NCBI GenBank assembly: GCA_965226155.1
Contig: OZ245331.1
Location: 1,338,605 to 1,402,604, forward strand
Origin: Gammaproteobacteria bacterium
GTDB taxonomy: Bacteria > Pseudomonadota > Gammaproteobacteria > Eutrophobiales > Eutrophobiaceae
Direction: 5' to 3'
Length of the DNA stretch: 64,000 nt
Each line of letters starts with the position of its first letter. The stretch's first letter is position 1. Below the pieces are notes generated by a model. It ran no database searches, was not told the DNA's origin, and worked only from the letters and a program-made list of their open reading frames with translations. The position numbers and the translations under genes are program-made. Of the stretch, positions 21,727-32,762 are shown in pieces.

Positions 21727-22185
21727 TTGTTCCGAGGAATCAGTACCGTCAGCATTGATAATAAGGGTCGCATAGCCATTCCTAGTCGCTATCGTGACCG
21801 GTTGATGGGTATAGCGGACGGTAGCCTAGTACAAACACTCAATCCACTCGATCGGTCAATCTGGATATACCCACTATCAGAATGGGAACTCATCGAAACC
21901 AAGCTCGCCTCATTGTCAGATTTTGATAAACAAAGCCGCAGGACCAAACAGATGATGCGTGGCTATGCCTCTGATTGTCAAATGGATGCCCAGGGACGGA
22001 TCCTGCTTCCAACGGAATTGCGTCAATACGCGGAGATGAAAAAGCAGGCAGTCATTCTCGGTCAGGGTAACAAATTCGAAGTTTGGGATCAGGAAACCTG
22101 GGAGCTCAAACGTGATCAATGGCTCGATACGATTGTTGATGATCAAAGTGCACCATCTGAAGCACTGAAACCGTTGTCACTATGA
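21727..22185 (+). CDS. mraZ: transcriptional regulator MraZ
   Basis: 152 aa; two MraZ/SpoVT-AbrB repeats (DNKGRIAIP; DAQGRILLP). Confidence 0.95.
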   Translation: MFRGISTVSIDNKGRIAIPSRYRDRLMGIADGSLVQTLNPLDRSIWIYPLSEWELIETKLASLSDFDKQSRRTKQMMRGYASDCQMDAQGRILLPTELRQYAEMKKQAVILGQGNKFEVWDQETWELKRDQWLDTIVDDQSAPSEALKPLSL

Positions 22186-22213
22186 GCCATGGTTAAATTT
22201 ATACATTTGATTA

Positions 22214-23155
22214 ATGAAACCTAATGATTTCTTACATACACCAGTATTGCTAGATGAGGTAATTAATGGTCTTGAAATCAGACCTAATGGTTTTTATGTT
22301 GACTGTACATTCGGGCGTGGCGGCCACAGTAGAGCGATACTTGACCGGCTCGAGAATGAAGGCAGAGTGCTGGCTTTTGACAAGGACCCAGTTGCAGCAC
22401 AATACGCAGAAAGATTATCAATTGCGGATTCTCGATTACAGTTTATCCACACAACTTTTGCACGTCTTGCAGAAACACTTAAAGCAGCCGATAGTTTTGG
22501 CCTTGTTGACGGGATACTACTCGATCTTGGTGTCTCATCACCCCAACTTGAAGATGGTGACAGGGGATTCAGTTTCAATTGTGATGGGAAACTGGATATG
22601 AGGATGGATAATACTACAGGAATTACCGCAGCTGAATGGGTTAATAGTGAGCCACAGGAAGATATAGCTTCTGTCCTGAAGCAATACGGCGAAGAGCGTT
22701 ATGCGCGTCGAATCTCAAACGCGATAGTTAAGGCGAGGGCTACTCAGCCGATTAACAGCACGTCTGAACTGGCTTCCGTAATCTCATCAGCTGTTCCTGT
22801 TCATAAAAAAAATAAGCATCCTGCAACACGATCGTTTCTGGCGATTCGAAATTACATCAACAATGAACTAGATGAGCTTGTCTCCGGACTTTCACAGGCA
22901 TTCGACGCCATAAAAATCGGAGGAAGAATACTCGTAATCAGTTTTAATTCGCTTGAAGATCGTATAACAAAACGGTTCTTGCGAGGTTATTCTCAAAACG
23001 ATCCGTTCCCTAAAAATATTCCGATTACCGCAAATACCATTAAGCCAAAAATTAAAATTATCGGTAAGATCATTAGACCTAGTGAGGATGAAGTATTGCA
23101 AAATCCTAGATCTCGAAGTGCAGTATTACGTATTGGAGAAAAGTTATCTGCATGA
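22214..23155 (+). CDS. rsmH: 16S rRNA m4C1402 methyltransferase RsmH (MraW)
   Basis: 313 aa; HTPVLLDEV.., SAM-binding FVDCTFGRGGHS. Confidence 0.95.
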   Translation: MKPNDFLHTPVLLDEVINGLEIRPNGFYVDCTFGRGGHSRAILDRLENEGRVLAFDKDPVAAQYAERLSIADSRLQFIHTTFARLAETLKAADSFGLVDGILLDLGVSSPQLEDGDRGFSFNCDGKLDMRMDNTTGITAAEWVNSEPQEDIASVLKQYGEERYARRISNAIVKARATQPINSTSELASVISSAVPVHKKNKHPATRSFLAIRNYINNELDELVSGLSQAFDAIKIGGRILVISFNSLEDRITKRFLRGYSQNDPFPKNIPITANTIKPKIKIIGKIIRPSEDEVLQNPRSRSAVLRIGEKLSA

Positions 23156-23415
23156 AGGCATTTATTACAATTTTTTTCAGTATTACGGTATTCATATCTG
23201 CAATACAGGTAGTAATCGTCCAGCATGAGGCTCGCAAGACTTTCATAGAATTGCAGAGACTGGGGGAAACCCGTGATGAATTAAACGAAGAATGGGGAAG
23301 ATTACTGCTCGAACAGAGTACATGGGCAACAGATGATCGAATTGAAATGCTTGCCAGAACCAAGTTAAAGATGATTGATCCTGATTATGAAACTTATGTC
23401 CTTTTAGCTAAATGA
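23152..23415 (+). CDS. ftsL: cell division protein FtsL
   Basis: 87 aa; single TM then leucine-zipper-like region; position between rsmH and ftsI. Confidence 0.88.
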   Translation: MKAFITIFFSITVFISAIQVVIVQHEARKTFIELQRLGETRDELNEEWGRLLLEQSTWATDDRIEMLARTKLKMIDPDYETYVLLAK

Positions 23416-25139
23416 ACGAGACAAAATCATTGACTACGTATCCTGCTAGACGATGGATGCTGATATTTATTTTTATAATAACAGCATTGCTTTTGGTTTG
23501 GCGTGCTGTCTATCTGCAGGTACAAAACAAAGATTTTCTACGTAATCATGGAGATGCACGTTCTCTGAGAGTCGTAACCATCCCGGCTCATAGAGGTGTG
23601 ATTACAGATCGCAATAACGAATCACTGGCTATCAGTACACCCGTTGACTCCATATGGGCAAACCCGAAACGGGCACTCAAAAATATGGATAGCCTAGGAG
23701 AATTGGCTCAATTTTTGAAGCTTGACAGTGATAGTTTGATACAGACTTTACAAGAACGAAGTAACAGAGAATTCGTCTATCTGAAACGACATATTTCACC
23801 AGATCAGGCTCTGGCGATTAGTGCACTGGATGTTGATGGCATCAACCTGCAACGAGAATACAAACGTTATTATCCAGCGGGGGACGTTGCCGCACATCTT
23901 ATTGGATTTACTGATATCGATGATTCCGGGCAGGAAGGAATCGAACTAGCATATGATCAGTGGTTAAAAGGTGTTCCCGGCGAAAAGAGGGTATTGAAGG
24001 ATAGGTTGGGAAGAACTGTACAGAACATAGAAAGTATTCAGTCATCAAGTCCGGGCAGGTCTCTAGCGTTAAGTATCGATCGCCGTGTGCAGTACTTGGC
24101 GTATCGAGAATTAAAGAGGGCTATTGAAAAATACAATGCGCGTAGTGGATCAATAGTAATACTAGATTCAAAACTGGGGGAAATCATCGCGCTCGTTGTT
24201 CAGCCGTCATTCAACCCAAATAATCGTACATGGGCCAGGAGCGAATATTTTCGCAATCGTGTTGTAACTGATGTATTTGAACCTGGATCGACGCTTAAGC
24301 CGTTTACGGTAGCTACAGCATTGGTGTCCGGAATGTATAAACCTGAGACGATCATCGAAACTAGACCAGGATTTTTAAAGGTCAATAATCATGTAATCGA
24401 AGATGTATCGAATCTTGGCACGATTGATGTTACAGGTGTTATTAAAAAATCGAGTAATGTCGGTGCCAGTAAAATTTCACTTTCGCTTGGTCCAAAGCCA
24501 CTTTGGGAGCTTTACAGAGATGTTGGTTTTGGCATACAGACCAGCAGTGGCTATCCCGGAGAGTCACCTGGTATTTTGTCTAGCTATACAACATGGTCTG
24601 AACTTGAACTAGCAACTATTGCATTCGGTCATGGTATCGCTGTAACCAGCCTACAATTAGCACAAGCTTATTCTGTCATTGCGAACTACGGAATTCTGAA
24701 GCCTGTTTCATTTCTGAAAGTAAATGAAGAGGAGCAAGGTGTCCGAGTGTTACCGGAAGTGGTAGCAAAGCAGGTTCTAGCGATGCTGGAGTCCGCAGTT
24801 AATCAGGGAGGGACGGGGCAAAGAGCAAATATTCCCTTGTACCGAGTTGCGGGAAAAACTGGTACTTCCCACAAAGCAACGGCCGGAGGTTATGCTGAAA
24901 ATAAGTATCTGTCTCTGTTTGCCGGAATTGCACCTGTAAGTGAACCACGGTTGGTCATGATTGTGAGTATTGATGAGCCACAGGGACAAGTTCATTTTGG
25001 TGGTCAAGTGGCCGCACCAGTTTTCTCAACGGTAATGGAGGGTGCATTACGAATACTGGATATTGCACCCGACGATCTCCATTCAATTGAAAAAAAGATG
25101 CTCATGGCATATAAAAATGGGAGCAATCAGTTCAGATAA
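23412..25139 (+). CDS. ftsI: peptidoglycan D,D-transpeptidase FtsI (PBP3)
   Basis: 575 aa; N-term TM; SxxK (STLKP), SxN, KTG(T) motifs. Confidence 0.95.
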   Translation: MNETKSLTTYPARRWMLIFIFIITALLLVWRAVYLQVQNKDFLRNHGDARSLRVVTIPAHRGVITDRNNESLAISTPVDSIWANPKRALKNMDSLGELAQFLKLDSDSLIQTLQERSNREFVYLKRHISPDQALAISALDVDGINLQREYKRYYPAGDVAAHLIGFTDIDDSGQEGIELAYDQWLKGVPGEKRVLKDRLGRTVQNIESIQSSSPGRSLALSIDRRVQYLAYRELKRAIEKYNARSGSIVILDSKLGEIIALVVQPSFNPNNRTWARSEYFRNRVVTDVFEPGSTLKPFTVATALVSGMYKPETIIETRPGFLKVNNHVIEDVSNLGTIDVTGVIKKSSNVGASKISLSLGPKPLWELYRDVGFGIQTSSGYPGESPGILSSYTTWSELELATIAFGHGIAVTSLQLAQAYSVIANYGILKPVSFLKVNEEEQGVRVLPEVVAKQVLAMLESAVNQGGTGQRANIPLYRVAGKTGTSHKATAGGYAENKYLSLFAGIAPVSEPRLVMIVSIDEPQGQVHFGGQVAAPVFSTVMEGALRILDIAPDDLHSIEKKMLMAYKNGSNQFR

Positions 25140-25140
25140 T

Positions 25141-26652
25141 ATGATGGCTAAACGAAATTATAGTCATGGTCTGGATTTATCTTATTTGATAGAAGGCTTT
25201 GTCGATCCTATCCCAGATATTAATGTGGCTATAACTGGGGTTAGTCTTGATAGTCGATCAATCAACCCAGATGAATTATTCATCGCCATTGAGGGAAATC
25301 AAACTAGCGGGTCGAAATTCATTGATGACGCTATTAGAAAGGGCGTAGCAGCTGTACTTGTAGATGACAAAAACCAAGCTCGAACAGGAAGTAGGGCATT
25401 GCCAGTTATATATATTCCCGATCTCCGTATGCGGGTGGGAATCATTGCAGACCGGTTTTATGGTGAGCCTTCGCAGGAATTAAAGGTAATCGGTGTTACA
25501 GGGACTAACGGAAAGACATCAGTGTGTCACTTCATAGCACAAGCATTATCTAATCAGGGAGAAAGAATTGTAGGTGTCATCGGAACTTTAGGGTATGGCG
25601 GTTATGGAAAACTGGAAGCTGGATCAAATACCACGCCTGATGCAGTTAACGTCCATAGGTTGTTGTCCTGTTTCCGGGATAAAACTGCCGAATATGTGGT
25701 AATGGAAGTTTCCTCGCACGCGCTTGAACAGTACCGTGTTTCAGGAGTCAGGTTTGATACTGTCGTTTTTACAAACTTGAGCCATGATCATCTGGATTAT
25801 CACGATGATATGGATGCTTATGCTAATACAAAGAAAAAACTGTTCCAGATGGAAGGTCTTAAAGGTGCAGTAATAAATATTGATGACCATCTTGGAAAGC
25901 AGTTGGTGTCAACATTAAAAGGTAATGTGCCAGTAATCAGCTATGGGGTAGCCAAAGATAGAGGTGATGGTCTATCACCTGAAGTGAAGGCCATTGTAAC
26001 TAATGAAGATACTCATACGCTGACACTCGATATCACCAGTCCCTGGGGTGCGGGAGAGCTTTCGGCCAATCTAACCGGCTCATTTAATGCTTATAACTTG
26101 CTTGCTGTCTTGAGTGTTATCTGTCAGCAAAATATTCCATTTGCAGAAGCATTAAAACGGTTGTCTCGGGTTACGTGTATTCCTGGACGAATGGAATGTT
26201 TCAACAATGCCAATTCAGCTAGCATTTTTGTTGATTATGCACATACTCCAGATGCCTTGCAGCAGGCTCTTGTATCATTGCGAAAATTGTGTAGCGGTAA
26301 GCTTATTTGTGTTTTCGGGTGCGGAGGTGATAGGGACAAAGGAAAACGGCCGTTGATGGGACAAATTTCAGAGTCTTTTTCGGACAAAGTTATTCTAACG
26401 AGTGATAACCCTAGAAGTGAACCACCGAATGAAATCATTCTCGACATCCTCACGGGTATTCAAAACAAGGATTTGGTTGAAGTTGAACCAGATCGGGACT
26501 TGGCAATACAGACTGCTGTTAAGTTGGCTCATGTTAATGACATCGTTTTGATTGCAGGAAAAGGCCATGAAACCTACCAGGATATAAATGGAGTAAAGAT
26601 TCCTTTCAGTGATCGTCAATTAGCACGAAATATTCTGGAGTTACTAGCATGA
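25141..26652 (+). CDS. murE: UDP-N-acetylmuramoyl-L-alanyl-D-glutamate--2,6-diaminopimelate ligase
   Basis: Start placed at ATG 25141 just after ftsI stop (track ORF begins earlier inside ftsI); Mur ligase P-loop GVTGTNGKTS; DNPR motif typical of DAP-adding MurE. Confidence 0.93.
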   Translation: MMAKRNYSHGLDLSYLIEGFVDPIPDINVAITGVSLDSRSINPDELFIAIEGNQTSGSKFIDDAIRKGVAAVLVDDKNQARTGSRALPVIYIPDLRMRVGIIADRFYGEPSQELKVIGVTGTNGKTSVCHFIAQALSNQGERIVGVIGTLGYGGYGKLEAGSNTTPDAVNVHRLLSCFRDKTAEYVVMEVSSHALEQYRVSGVRFDTVVFTNLSHDHLDYHDDMDAYANTKKKLFQMEGLKGAVINIDDHLGKQLVSTLKGNVPVISYGVAKDRGDGLSPEVKAIVTNEDTHTLTLDITSPWGAGELSANLTGSFNAYNLLAVLSVICQQNIPFAEALKRLSRVTCIPGRMECFNNANSASIFVDYAHTPDALQQALVSLRKLCSGKLICVFGCGGDRDKGKRPLMGQISESFSDKVILTSDNPRSEPPNEIILDILTGIQNKDLVEVEPDRDLAIQTAVKLAHVNDIVLIAGKGHETYQDINGVKIPFSDRQLARNILELLA

Positions 26653-28007
26653 TTTCTATGCGTTTGTCTGAAGCTGCAGCTAGAGTTGAAGGCGAATTGT
26701 CTGGGTTAGACACATTATTTACTGGTTGTAGTATAGATAGTCGTTCAATTCGGAATGGTGAATTATTTATTGCATTGCATGGCAAGCATTTTGATGGTCA
26801 TTCATTCATCCAATCCGCAAGAGATGCAGGAGCTTCTGCCGCACTGGTAGAACAAAATGACACGACTGATGATCTGCCGTATGTGATCGTAAAGAATTCG
26901 AGAGCGGCAATGGCAAAACTAGCAAGTCAGTGGCGTGGTGTCTTCAGTATTCCCGTGATTGCAGTGACTGGTAGTAATGGGAAAACCACCGTTAAAGAAA
27001 TGATTACCTCCATCCTGAATATTTCTGCACCGGTACTGTCAACTACAGGTAATTTGAACAACGAGATTGGTGTGCCGCTGACATTATTCGGTTTAGATAA
27101 TAAACATAGATACGCTGTTATCGAAATGGGAGCAAATCACCCCGGTGAGATAGCATTTTTAAGTAACATAGCCAGGCCGACAGTCGTATTGATTACCCAA
27201 TGTGCACCGGCACACCTGAAAGGTTTTGGCTCCATCGAAGGAGTTGCACAAGCCAAGGCTGAAATATATTCAGGTCTGACAAAGGCAGGGATCGCTGTAG
27301 TGAATGCAGACGATCATTATGCAAACATCTACAAAGATTCAGCAAAGTACAATCCGCAAATCAGTTTTGGAATAAAAAAACAGGCGGATGTTTCAGCAGA
27401 TAATATTATTTTCGATCATGAATATAGTAAAACGAGTTTCATGTTGCATGCCTCAACGGGTTCGATCAGCATTTCTTTATCACTTCTTGGACATCACAAT
27501 GTGATGAATTCGCTCGCAGCAGCGGCATCATGTATTGCAATCAACATTCCACTCGAAACGATTCAAACTGGCCTTGAAAAAGTGTCAAGCATAAAGGGGC
27601 GGATGTATCTGAAAAGTTCAAAGAACGGCATACGCATATTCGATGATACCTATAATGCAAACCCTGGTTCTCTTAGTGCTGGGCTGGAAGTACTTTCAAG
27701 ATATCCAGGAAGAAAATGGCTGGTATTGGGTGATATGGGAGAACTAGGTACTTCAGAAAAAGAGTTGCATCAACGGGCAGGAGAAACCATACGTAACTAT
27801 GGTATCGAGAGGTTATATACATTGGGCGAGTTAGCTCGGTTTTCTTCAGAAAGTTTTGGTAGCGGTGCAATTCATTTCGATCATATTGATCAACTCGTCA
27901 GTTCATTGAAGGATGATCTGCCAGCAGAAACTACGTTGCTAGTTAAGGGTTCAAGGGCAATGGAAATGGACAGAATTGTATCTAACTTAACAGAGGGGAG
28001 CGATTAA
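26649..28007 (+). CDS. murF: UDP-N-acetylmuramoyl-tripeptide--D-alanyl-D-alanine ligase
   Basis: 452 aa; P-loop AVTGSNGKTT; dcw position. Confidence 0.93.
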   Translation: MISMRLSEAAARVEGELSGLDTLFTGCSIDSRSIRNGELFIALHGKHFDGHSFIQSARDAGASAALVEQNDTTDDLPYVIVKNSRAAMAKLASQWRGVFSIPVIAVTGSNGKTTVKEMITSILNISAPVLSTTGNLNNEIGVPLTLFGLDNKHRYAVIEMGANHPGEIAFLSNIARPTVVLITQCAPAHLKGFGSIEGVAQAKAEIYSGLTKAGIAVVNADDHYANIYKDSAKYNPQISFGIKKQADVSADNIIFDHEYSKTSFMLHASTGSISISLSLLGHHNVMNSLAAAASCIAINIPLETIQTGLEKVSSIKGRMYLKSSKNGIRIFDDTYNANPGSLSAGLEVLSRYPGRKWLVLGDMGELGTSEKELHQRAGETIRNYGIERLYTLGELARFSSESFGSGAIHFDHIDQLVSSLKDDLPAETTLLVKGSRAMEMDRIVSNLTEGSD

Positions 28008-28010
28008 CCC

Positions 28011-29093
28011 ATGTTATTGTGGCTATCAGAGTACCTAGTCCAGTTTTATAGCGGATTTAATGTATTTTTATATATAACACTGCGCACTATCCTTGGAACG
28101 TTAACTTCTTTATTCATTGCACTAGTAGTAGGTCCGTCGCTTATTGCGAAACTAGGGAAATACAATGTTGAACAGGTAGTCCGAGATGATGGTCCTGAAA
28201 CACATTTGATTAAAGCAGGGACACCTACCATGGGTGGGGTGCTGATTATAATTTCAATAGCATTTGGCACGTTATGCTGGGCAGACCTATCCAATCGATT
28301 TGTCTTAGTGGTAAGTGCAGTAACCTTAGCATTTGGGGTCATCGGATATATTGATGACTACAAAAAAATTGTCAGGCGCGATCCGACAGGGCTACGGGCC
28401 AGATGGAAATATTTTTGGCAGTCTATAGTTGGACTGTCGGCCGCACTGTTTTTATTTTATTCCGCTCAGGTATCTACTGAAACTCAGTTGATATTTCCCT
28501 TTATTAAAAGTTTCAATCTTGAATTAGGGTGGGTGTTCGTGATCCTTGCTTATTTCGTCATCGTTGGTGCAAGTAATGCGGTAAACCTAACTGATGGTCT
28601 TGACGGTCTTGCGATACTTCCCACGGTGATGGTAGCTGCTGCCCTAGCAATATTTGCTTACGTAGCAGGTAATGTCAGGTTTGCAGATTATCTTGGAATC
28701 CCTTATGTCCCTGGTGCCGGAGAAGTTTGTGTAGTTTGCGGAGCGATAGTCGGTTCGGGTTTAGGGTTTCTGTGGTTTAACACATATCCCGCACAAGTTT
28801 TTATGGGAGACATCGGTGCGCTGGCATTGGGTGCGGCACTCGGAGTCATTGCGGTTGTTGTGCGGCAGGAAATTGTCTTGTTTATCATGGGTGGCGTTTT
28901 CGTTATTGAAACAGTTTCCGTTATTTTACAGGTGGGCTCTTTCAAACTGACAGGTAAAAGATTGTTTAGAATGGCTCCACTGCATCATCATTATGAATTG
29001 AAAGGGTGGCCAGAACCGCGAGTAATAGTACGCTTTTGGATTATCACTTTTATTTTGGTATTAATCGGTCTTACAAGCCTGAAAATCCGTTGA
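28011..29093 (+). CDS. mraY: phospho-N-acetylmuramoyl-pentapeptide transferase
   Basis: 360 aa, 10-TM; conserved [13 protein letters not shown] and HHHYEL motifs. Confidence 0.95.
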   Translation: MLLWLSEYLVQFYSGFNVFLYITLRTILGTLTSLFIALVVGPSLIAKLGKYNVEQVVRDDGPETHLIKAGTPTMGGVLIIISIAFGTLCWADLSNRFVLVVSAVTLAFGVIGYIDDYKKIVRRDPTGLRARWKYFWQSIVGLSAALFLFYSAQVSTETQLIFPFIKSFNLELGWVFVILAYFVIVGASNAVNLTDGLDGLAILPTVMVAAALAIFAYVAGNVRFADYLGIPYVPGAGEVCVVCGAIVGSGLGFLWFNTYPAQVFMGDIGALALGAALGVIAVVVRQEIVLFIMGGVFVIETVSVILQVGSFKLTGKRLFRMAPLHHHYELKGWPEPRVIVRFWIITFILVLIGLTSLKIR

Positions 29094-29103
29094 TATTAGC
29101 ATC

Positions 29104-30498
29104 ATGAGTGCAAAAACAATTTTAAAATTCTCTACGGATATGAAAAGCAAACAATTTGAGACGATCATAATTGGACTTGGGAAGACCGGGTACTCATGTG
29201 CGCAATTTTTAGCAAAACAGGAGAAATCATTCGCAGTAGTTGACAGCCGCACACAGCCGCCCAACTTAGAGAGGTTCAGGGATACTTATCCAGATATACC
29301 GTTATATCTGGGTGATTTTGACGGCGGAATTCTAGCTGCTGCTGAAGAAATTATAATCAGCCCGGGTGTTTCACCTGACAACCCAGCAATTCAGTCTGCA
29401 CTTGCTAGTGGTACTGACATGATTGGTGATATTGAGTTATTTGCTAGAAACGCTAAGGCACCCGTTATTGCAGTTACTGGTTCGAATGGAAAGAGTACGG
29501 TATCGACACTAGTTAGCATGATGGTAGAAGAATCAGGCCTGAAGGTTTTGCTGGGTGGAAATATTGGAATGCCAGCACTAACTCTTTTAGATCAAGACAT
29601 CCCAGACTATTACGTCCTTGAACTGTCAAGCTTTCAACTAGAAACAGTAAAGTCACTAAACGCAATAGCAGCCGTGATACTGAATATCAGTGCCGATCAC
29701 ATGGATCGGTATCCGAATATCACGCGGTATGCTGCTATAAAGGAAAAGATATACCAAGGTACCGGCTATACAGTTATCAATTACGATGACAGTCTAGTTA
29801 CAGGGATGCAGCGTAACGAAAGAAAAGTCATCGGCTATTCCCTAAATATACCAGACACCGACAAGTTTGGTTTAACGGTATCTGGGGCCACAGAATGGTT
29901 AAGTCACGGTAATCAGTTGTTATTACCGGTAACCGAATTGCAGATAAAAGGCAGGCATAACTACTCAAATGCTCTGGCAGCGCTGAGTCTTGGTCACGCT
30001 ATCGGACTGCCGATTAATAATTGTATAGCGGCATTAAAAAAATTCTCAGGTCTAGCACACAGGTTTGATTTGGTTAAATCTATTAAGGGCGTTGATTGGA
30101 TAAATGATTCAAAGGCCACTAACCCGAATGCTTCCTGCGCGGCGATTGAGGGATTGAATGCGGATAATAATCTGATATTGATAGCTGGTGGCGAAGGAAA
30201 AGATGCGGATTTTTCTCCGTTAAAGGAATCAGTGAAAGGTCGTGTCCGCGAATTTATTTTAATTGGACGTGATGCAAAGAAAATAGCCGCCGCCCTGGAG
30301 AAGCAAAGTAATATTTGTTTTGCAACCACTATGGATGCAGCAGTGTATTCTGCAGCCAAGCTAGCGCGGCCAGGCGATAAAGTATTGTTGTCGCCAGCAT
30401 GTGCAAGTTTTGACATGTTTAGTGATTATCAGGATCGCGGAAGGGCATTTATAGAGTCTGCAAATAAACTTGAAGAAAAGGATTTCCACCATGATTAG
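29104..30498 (+). CDS. murD: UDP-N-acetylmuramoylalanine--D-glutamate ligase
   Basis: 464 aa; P-loop AVTGSNGKST; dcw position. Confidence 0.93.
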   Translation: MSAKTILKFSTDMKSKQFETIIIGLGKTGYSCAQFLAKQEKSFAVVDSRTQPPNLERFRDTYPDIPLYLGDFDGGILAAAEEIIISPGVSPDNPAIQSALASGTDMIGDIELFARNAKAPVIAVTGSNGKSTVSTLVSMMVEESGLKVLLGGNIGMPALTLLDQDIPDYYVLELSSFQLETVKSLNAIAAVILNISADHMDRYPNITRYAAIKEKIYQGTGYTVINYDDSLVTGMQRNERKVIGYSLNIPDTDKFGLTVSGATEWLSHGNQLLLPVTELQIKGRHNYSNALAALSLGHAIGLPINNCIAALKKFSGLAHRFDLVKSIKGVDWINDSKATNPNASCAAIEGLNADNNLILIAGGEGKDADFSPLKESVKGRVREFILIGRDAKKIAAALEKQSNICFATTMDAAVYSAAKLARPGDKVLLSPACASFDMFSDYQDRGRAFIESANKLEEKDFHHD

Positions 30499-31687
30499 AA
30501 GTCAGGCAAGTGTAATAGAGTATCCAGCCTCAAGAAACCACCCTGAATTTAGATATGACATATTACTTATCTCCATTAGTATTTTGGTTATCATGATTGG
30601 ACTGATATTAGTTGCCTCGACATCAATAACTATTGCTGAAAGTCGGTTTTCTGACCCCCTTTATTATTTCTGGCGACAATTAATATCTGTATTAATAGGT
30701 TTTACGGCAGCATTTCTGATTATTAATACGCCTCTGGATGTATGGCAAAAGCTGAGCTTTTTATTTCTTATTATTGCAGTTATTTTTTTGATAGCTGCTC
30801 TCGTGCCAGGGATAGGGAGGGAAGTAAATGGCAGTATGCGCTGGATTAAACTTGGACCGATTAATATTCAAAGTTCAGAGGTCGCAAAACTCTGTGTCAT
30901 TGTGTATTTGGCAGGCTATATGATTCGACATGGAGAAAATATTCGTACCAGTTTTGCGGGGTTTATCCGACCCATTCTAGTTTTGACGTTTGTTTCAGGA
31001 TTATTACTACTCGAGCCTGATTACGGCTCAACTGTTGTTATTTTTGCGACAGCCCTTGGAATGCTATTTATGGGGGGTGTTCCATTGAGTCGATTTTTTG
31101 TATGGGTTGCAATGGCTACTACTATCCTCATCAGTCTAGCAGTTCTTTCGCCTTATCGAATGCAGCGACTTACCAGTTTTCTTGATCCCTGGCAGGATCC
31201 TTTCAATACTGGGTTCCAGTTAACGCAAGCATTAATTGCCTTTGGAAGGGGAGATTGGTTTGGAGTTGGTTTAGGAAGCAGTGTTCAGAAATTATTTTAT
31301 CTTCCTGAAGCACATACCGATTTCGTATTCGCGGTTTTCGCAGAGGAGTTCGGGCTTGCGGGTGTCACTCTGATGGTGTCGATTTATTTTATTATTGTTT
31401 GGCGGGCATTCCTCATTGCTCAATTTGCACATCAAGCAGGAAAACTCTTTTCTGCTTATCTAGCGTATGGGATCGGGCTAGTTATAGGCATACAGGCATT
31501 TATTAATATCGGTGTAAATATGGGTGTGCTACCAACCAAAGGACTGACTTTGCCACTCTTGAGTTATGGTAATAACAGCATGGTTGTAACATGCATGTTA
31601 ATCGCGTTGTTAATACGAGTTCAGTTTGAAAACCAAGCGTTAAGAAAAAAATCATTACCGGTCAAGGCCAATAAATATGACAGCTAA
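30470..31687 (+). CDS. ftsW: peptidoglycan glycosyltransferase FtsW (SEDS family)
   Basis: 405 aa, 10-TM SEDS protein; true start may be the internal ATG near 30491. Confidence 0.9.
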   Translation: MKKRISTMIRSQASVIEYPASRNHPEFRYDILLISISILVIMIGLILVASTSITIAESRFSDPLYYFWRQLISVLIGFTAAFLIINTPLDVWQKLSFLFLIIAVIFLIAALVPGIGREVNGSMRWIKLGPINIQSSEVAKLCVIVYLAGYMIRHGENIRTSFAGFIRPILVLTFVSGLLLLEPDYGSTVVIFATALGMLFMGGVPLSRFFVWVAMATTILISLAVLSPYRMQRLTSFLDPWQDPFNTGFQLTQALIAFGRGDWFGVGLGSSVQKLFYLPEAHTDFVFAVFAEEFGLAGVTLMVSIYFIIVWRAFLIAQFAHQAGKLFSAYLAYGIGLVIGIQAFINIGVNMGVLPTKGLTLPLLSYGNNSMVVTCMLIALLIRVQFENQALRKKSLPVKANKYDS

Positions 31688-32762
31688 ACCTGTACTAATA
31701 ATGGCAGGCGGTACGGGCGGACACGTGTTCCCAGCGCTTGCGGTTGCCGAATATTTGCGCGACCAAGGTATAGAACTTTTTTGGTTAGGTACTAACTCTG
31801 GGTTAGAGTCAAGAATCATTCCTGAAAAGCATATTCAGTTTTTGACGATCAAAATCAGTGGTCTACGTGGTAAGGGTTTAGCCCACCTGCTAATGTTTCC
31901 AATAATTTTATCGATTGCATTCATTCAGGCATTTAAATTGCTTACCAAGTATCGACCCTGTGTTGTGCTAGGTATGGGCGGTTATGTGAGTGGTCCTGGT
32001 GGAATTGCCGCCTGGTTGTTACGCATCCCACTATTGATACATGAACAAAATTCAGTTGCGGGGTTGACCAACCGGATACTGTCACGGTTGGCAAGAACAG
32101 TCATGCTAGGGTTTCCCGGAACGCTACAAGGAAAAAAAATGCTGACTACCGGTAACCCGGTACGCCGGGATATATTAGATTTACCGTTACCTGAACAGCG
32201 GTTTATGAATCGGGGTAGCCAGCCTCTTCGGCTACTCGTTCTTGGCGGAAGCCTTGGTGCGAGGGCTTTCAACGAAATCATACCCAGTATGATCAAGCAG
32301 ATGCCCGAGAGAGTGAATATTGATGTACTGCATCAAACGGGAAAGCAAAATTACAATTCAACAAAATTATTGTACGAGGAACATCATTTAGATACAGAAA
32401 AAATATTGCCGTTTATTGATGATATGGCCCAAGCCTATGAATGGGCTGATGTTGTTTTATGTCGTGCTGGCGCACTAACCGTCAGCGAACTAAGCGTTGT
32501 TGGTATCGCTTCCATTCTGGTCCCTTATCCTTATGCGGTCGATGACCATCAAACATTTAATGCGAGATATCTGAGTGATTACGATTGTGCAATTCTCATA
32601 AAGCAGTCTGAGCTGAATGAAACAGGCCTGATAAAAGTGCTTTCTGAGTTTCATGATAGACGAATTCATTTGCTGGAAATGGCTAATATGACACGTAACC
32701 GGTCTTATCGCGATGCGACTATGGATGTAGGTGATGCCTGTATGAGGTTTGTCAATGCTTGA
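31677..32762 (+). CDS. murG: UDP-N-acetylglucosamine--N-acetylmuramyl-(pentapeptide) pyrophosphoryl-undecaprenol GlcNAc transferase
   Basis: 361 aa; N-term AGGTGGHVFPALAVAE; GT28 fold. Confidence 0.95.
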   Translation: MTAKPVLIMAGGTGGHVFPALAVAEYLRDQGIELFWLGTNSGLESRIIPEKHIQFLTIKISGLRGKGLAHLLMFPIILSIAFIQAFKLLTKYRPCVVLGMGGYVSGPGGIAAWLLRIPLLIHEQNSVAGLTNRILSRLARTVMLGFPGTLQGKKMLTTGNPVRRDILDLPLPEQRFMNRGSQPLRLLVLGGSLGARAFNEIIPSMIKQMPERVNIDVLHQTGKQNYNSTKLLYEEHHLDTEKILPFIDDMAQAYEWADVVLCRAGALTVSELSVVGIASILVPYPYAVDDHQTFNARYLSDYDCAILIKQSELNETGLIKVLSEFHDRRIHLLEMANMTRNRSYRDATMDVGDACMRFVNA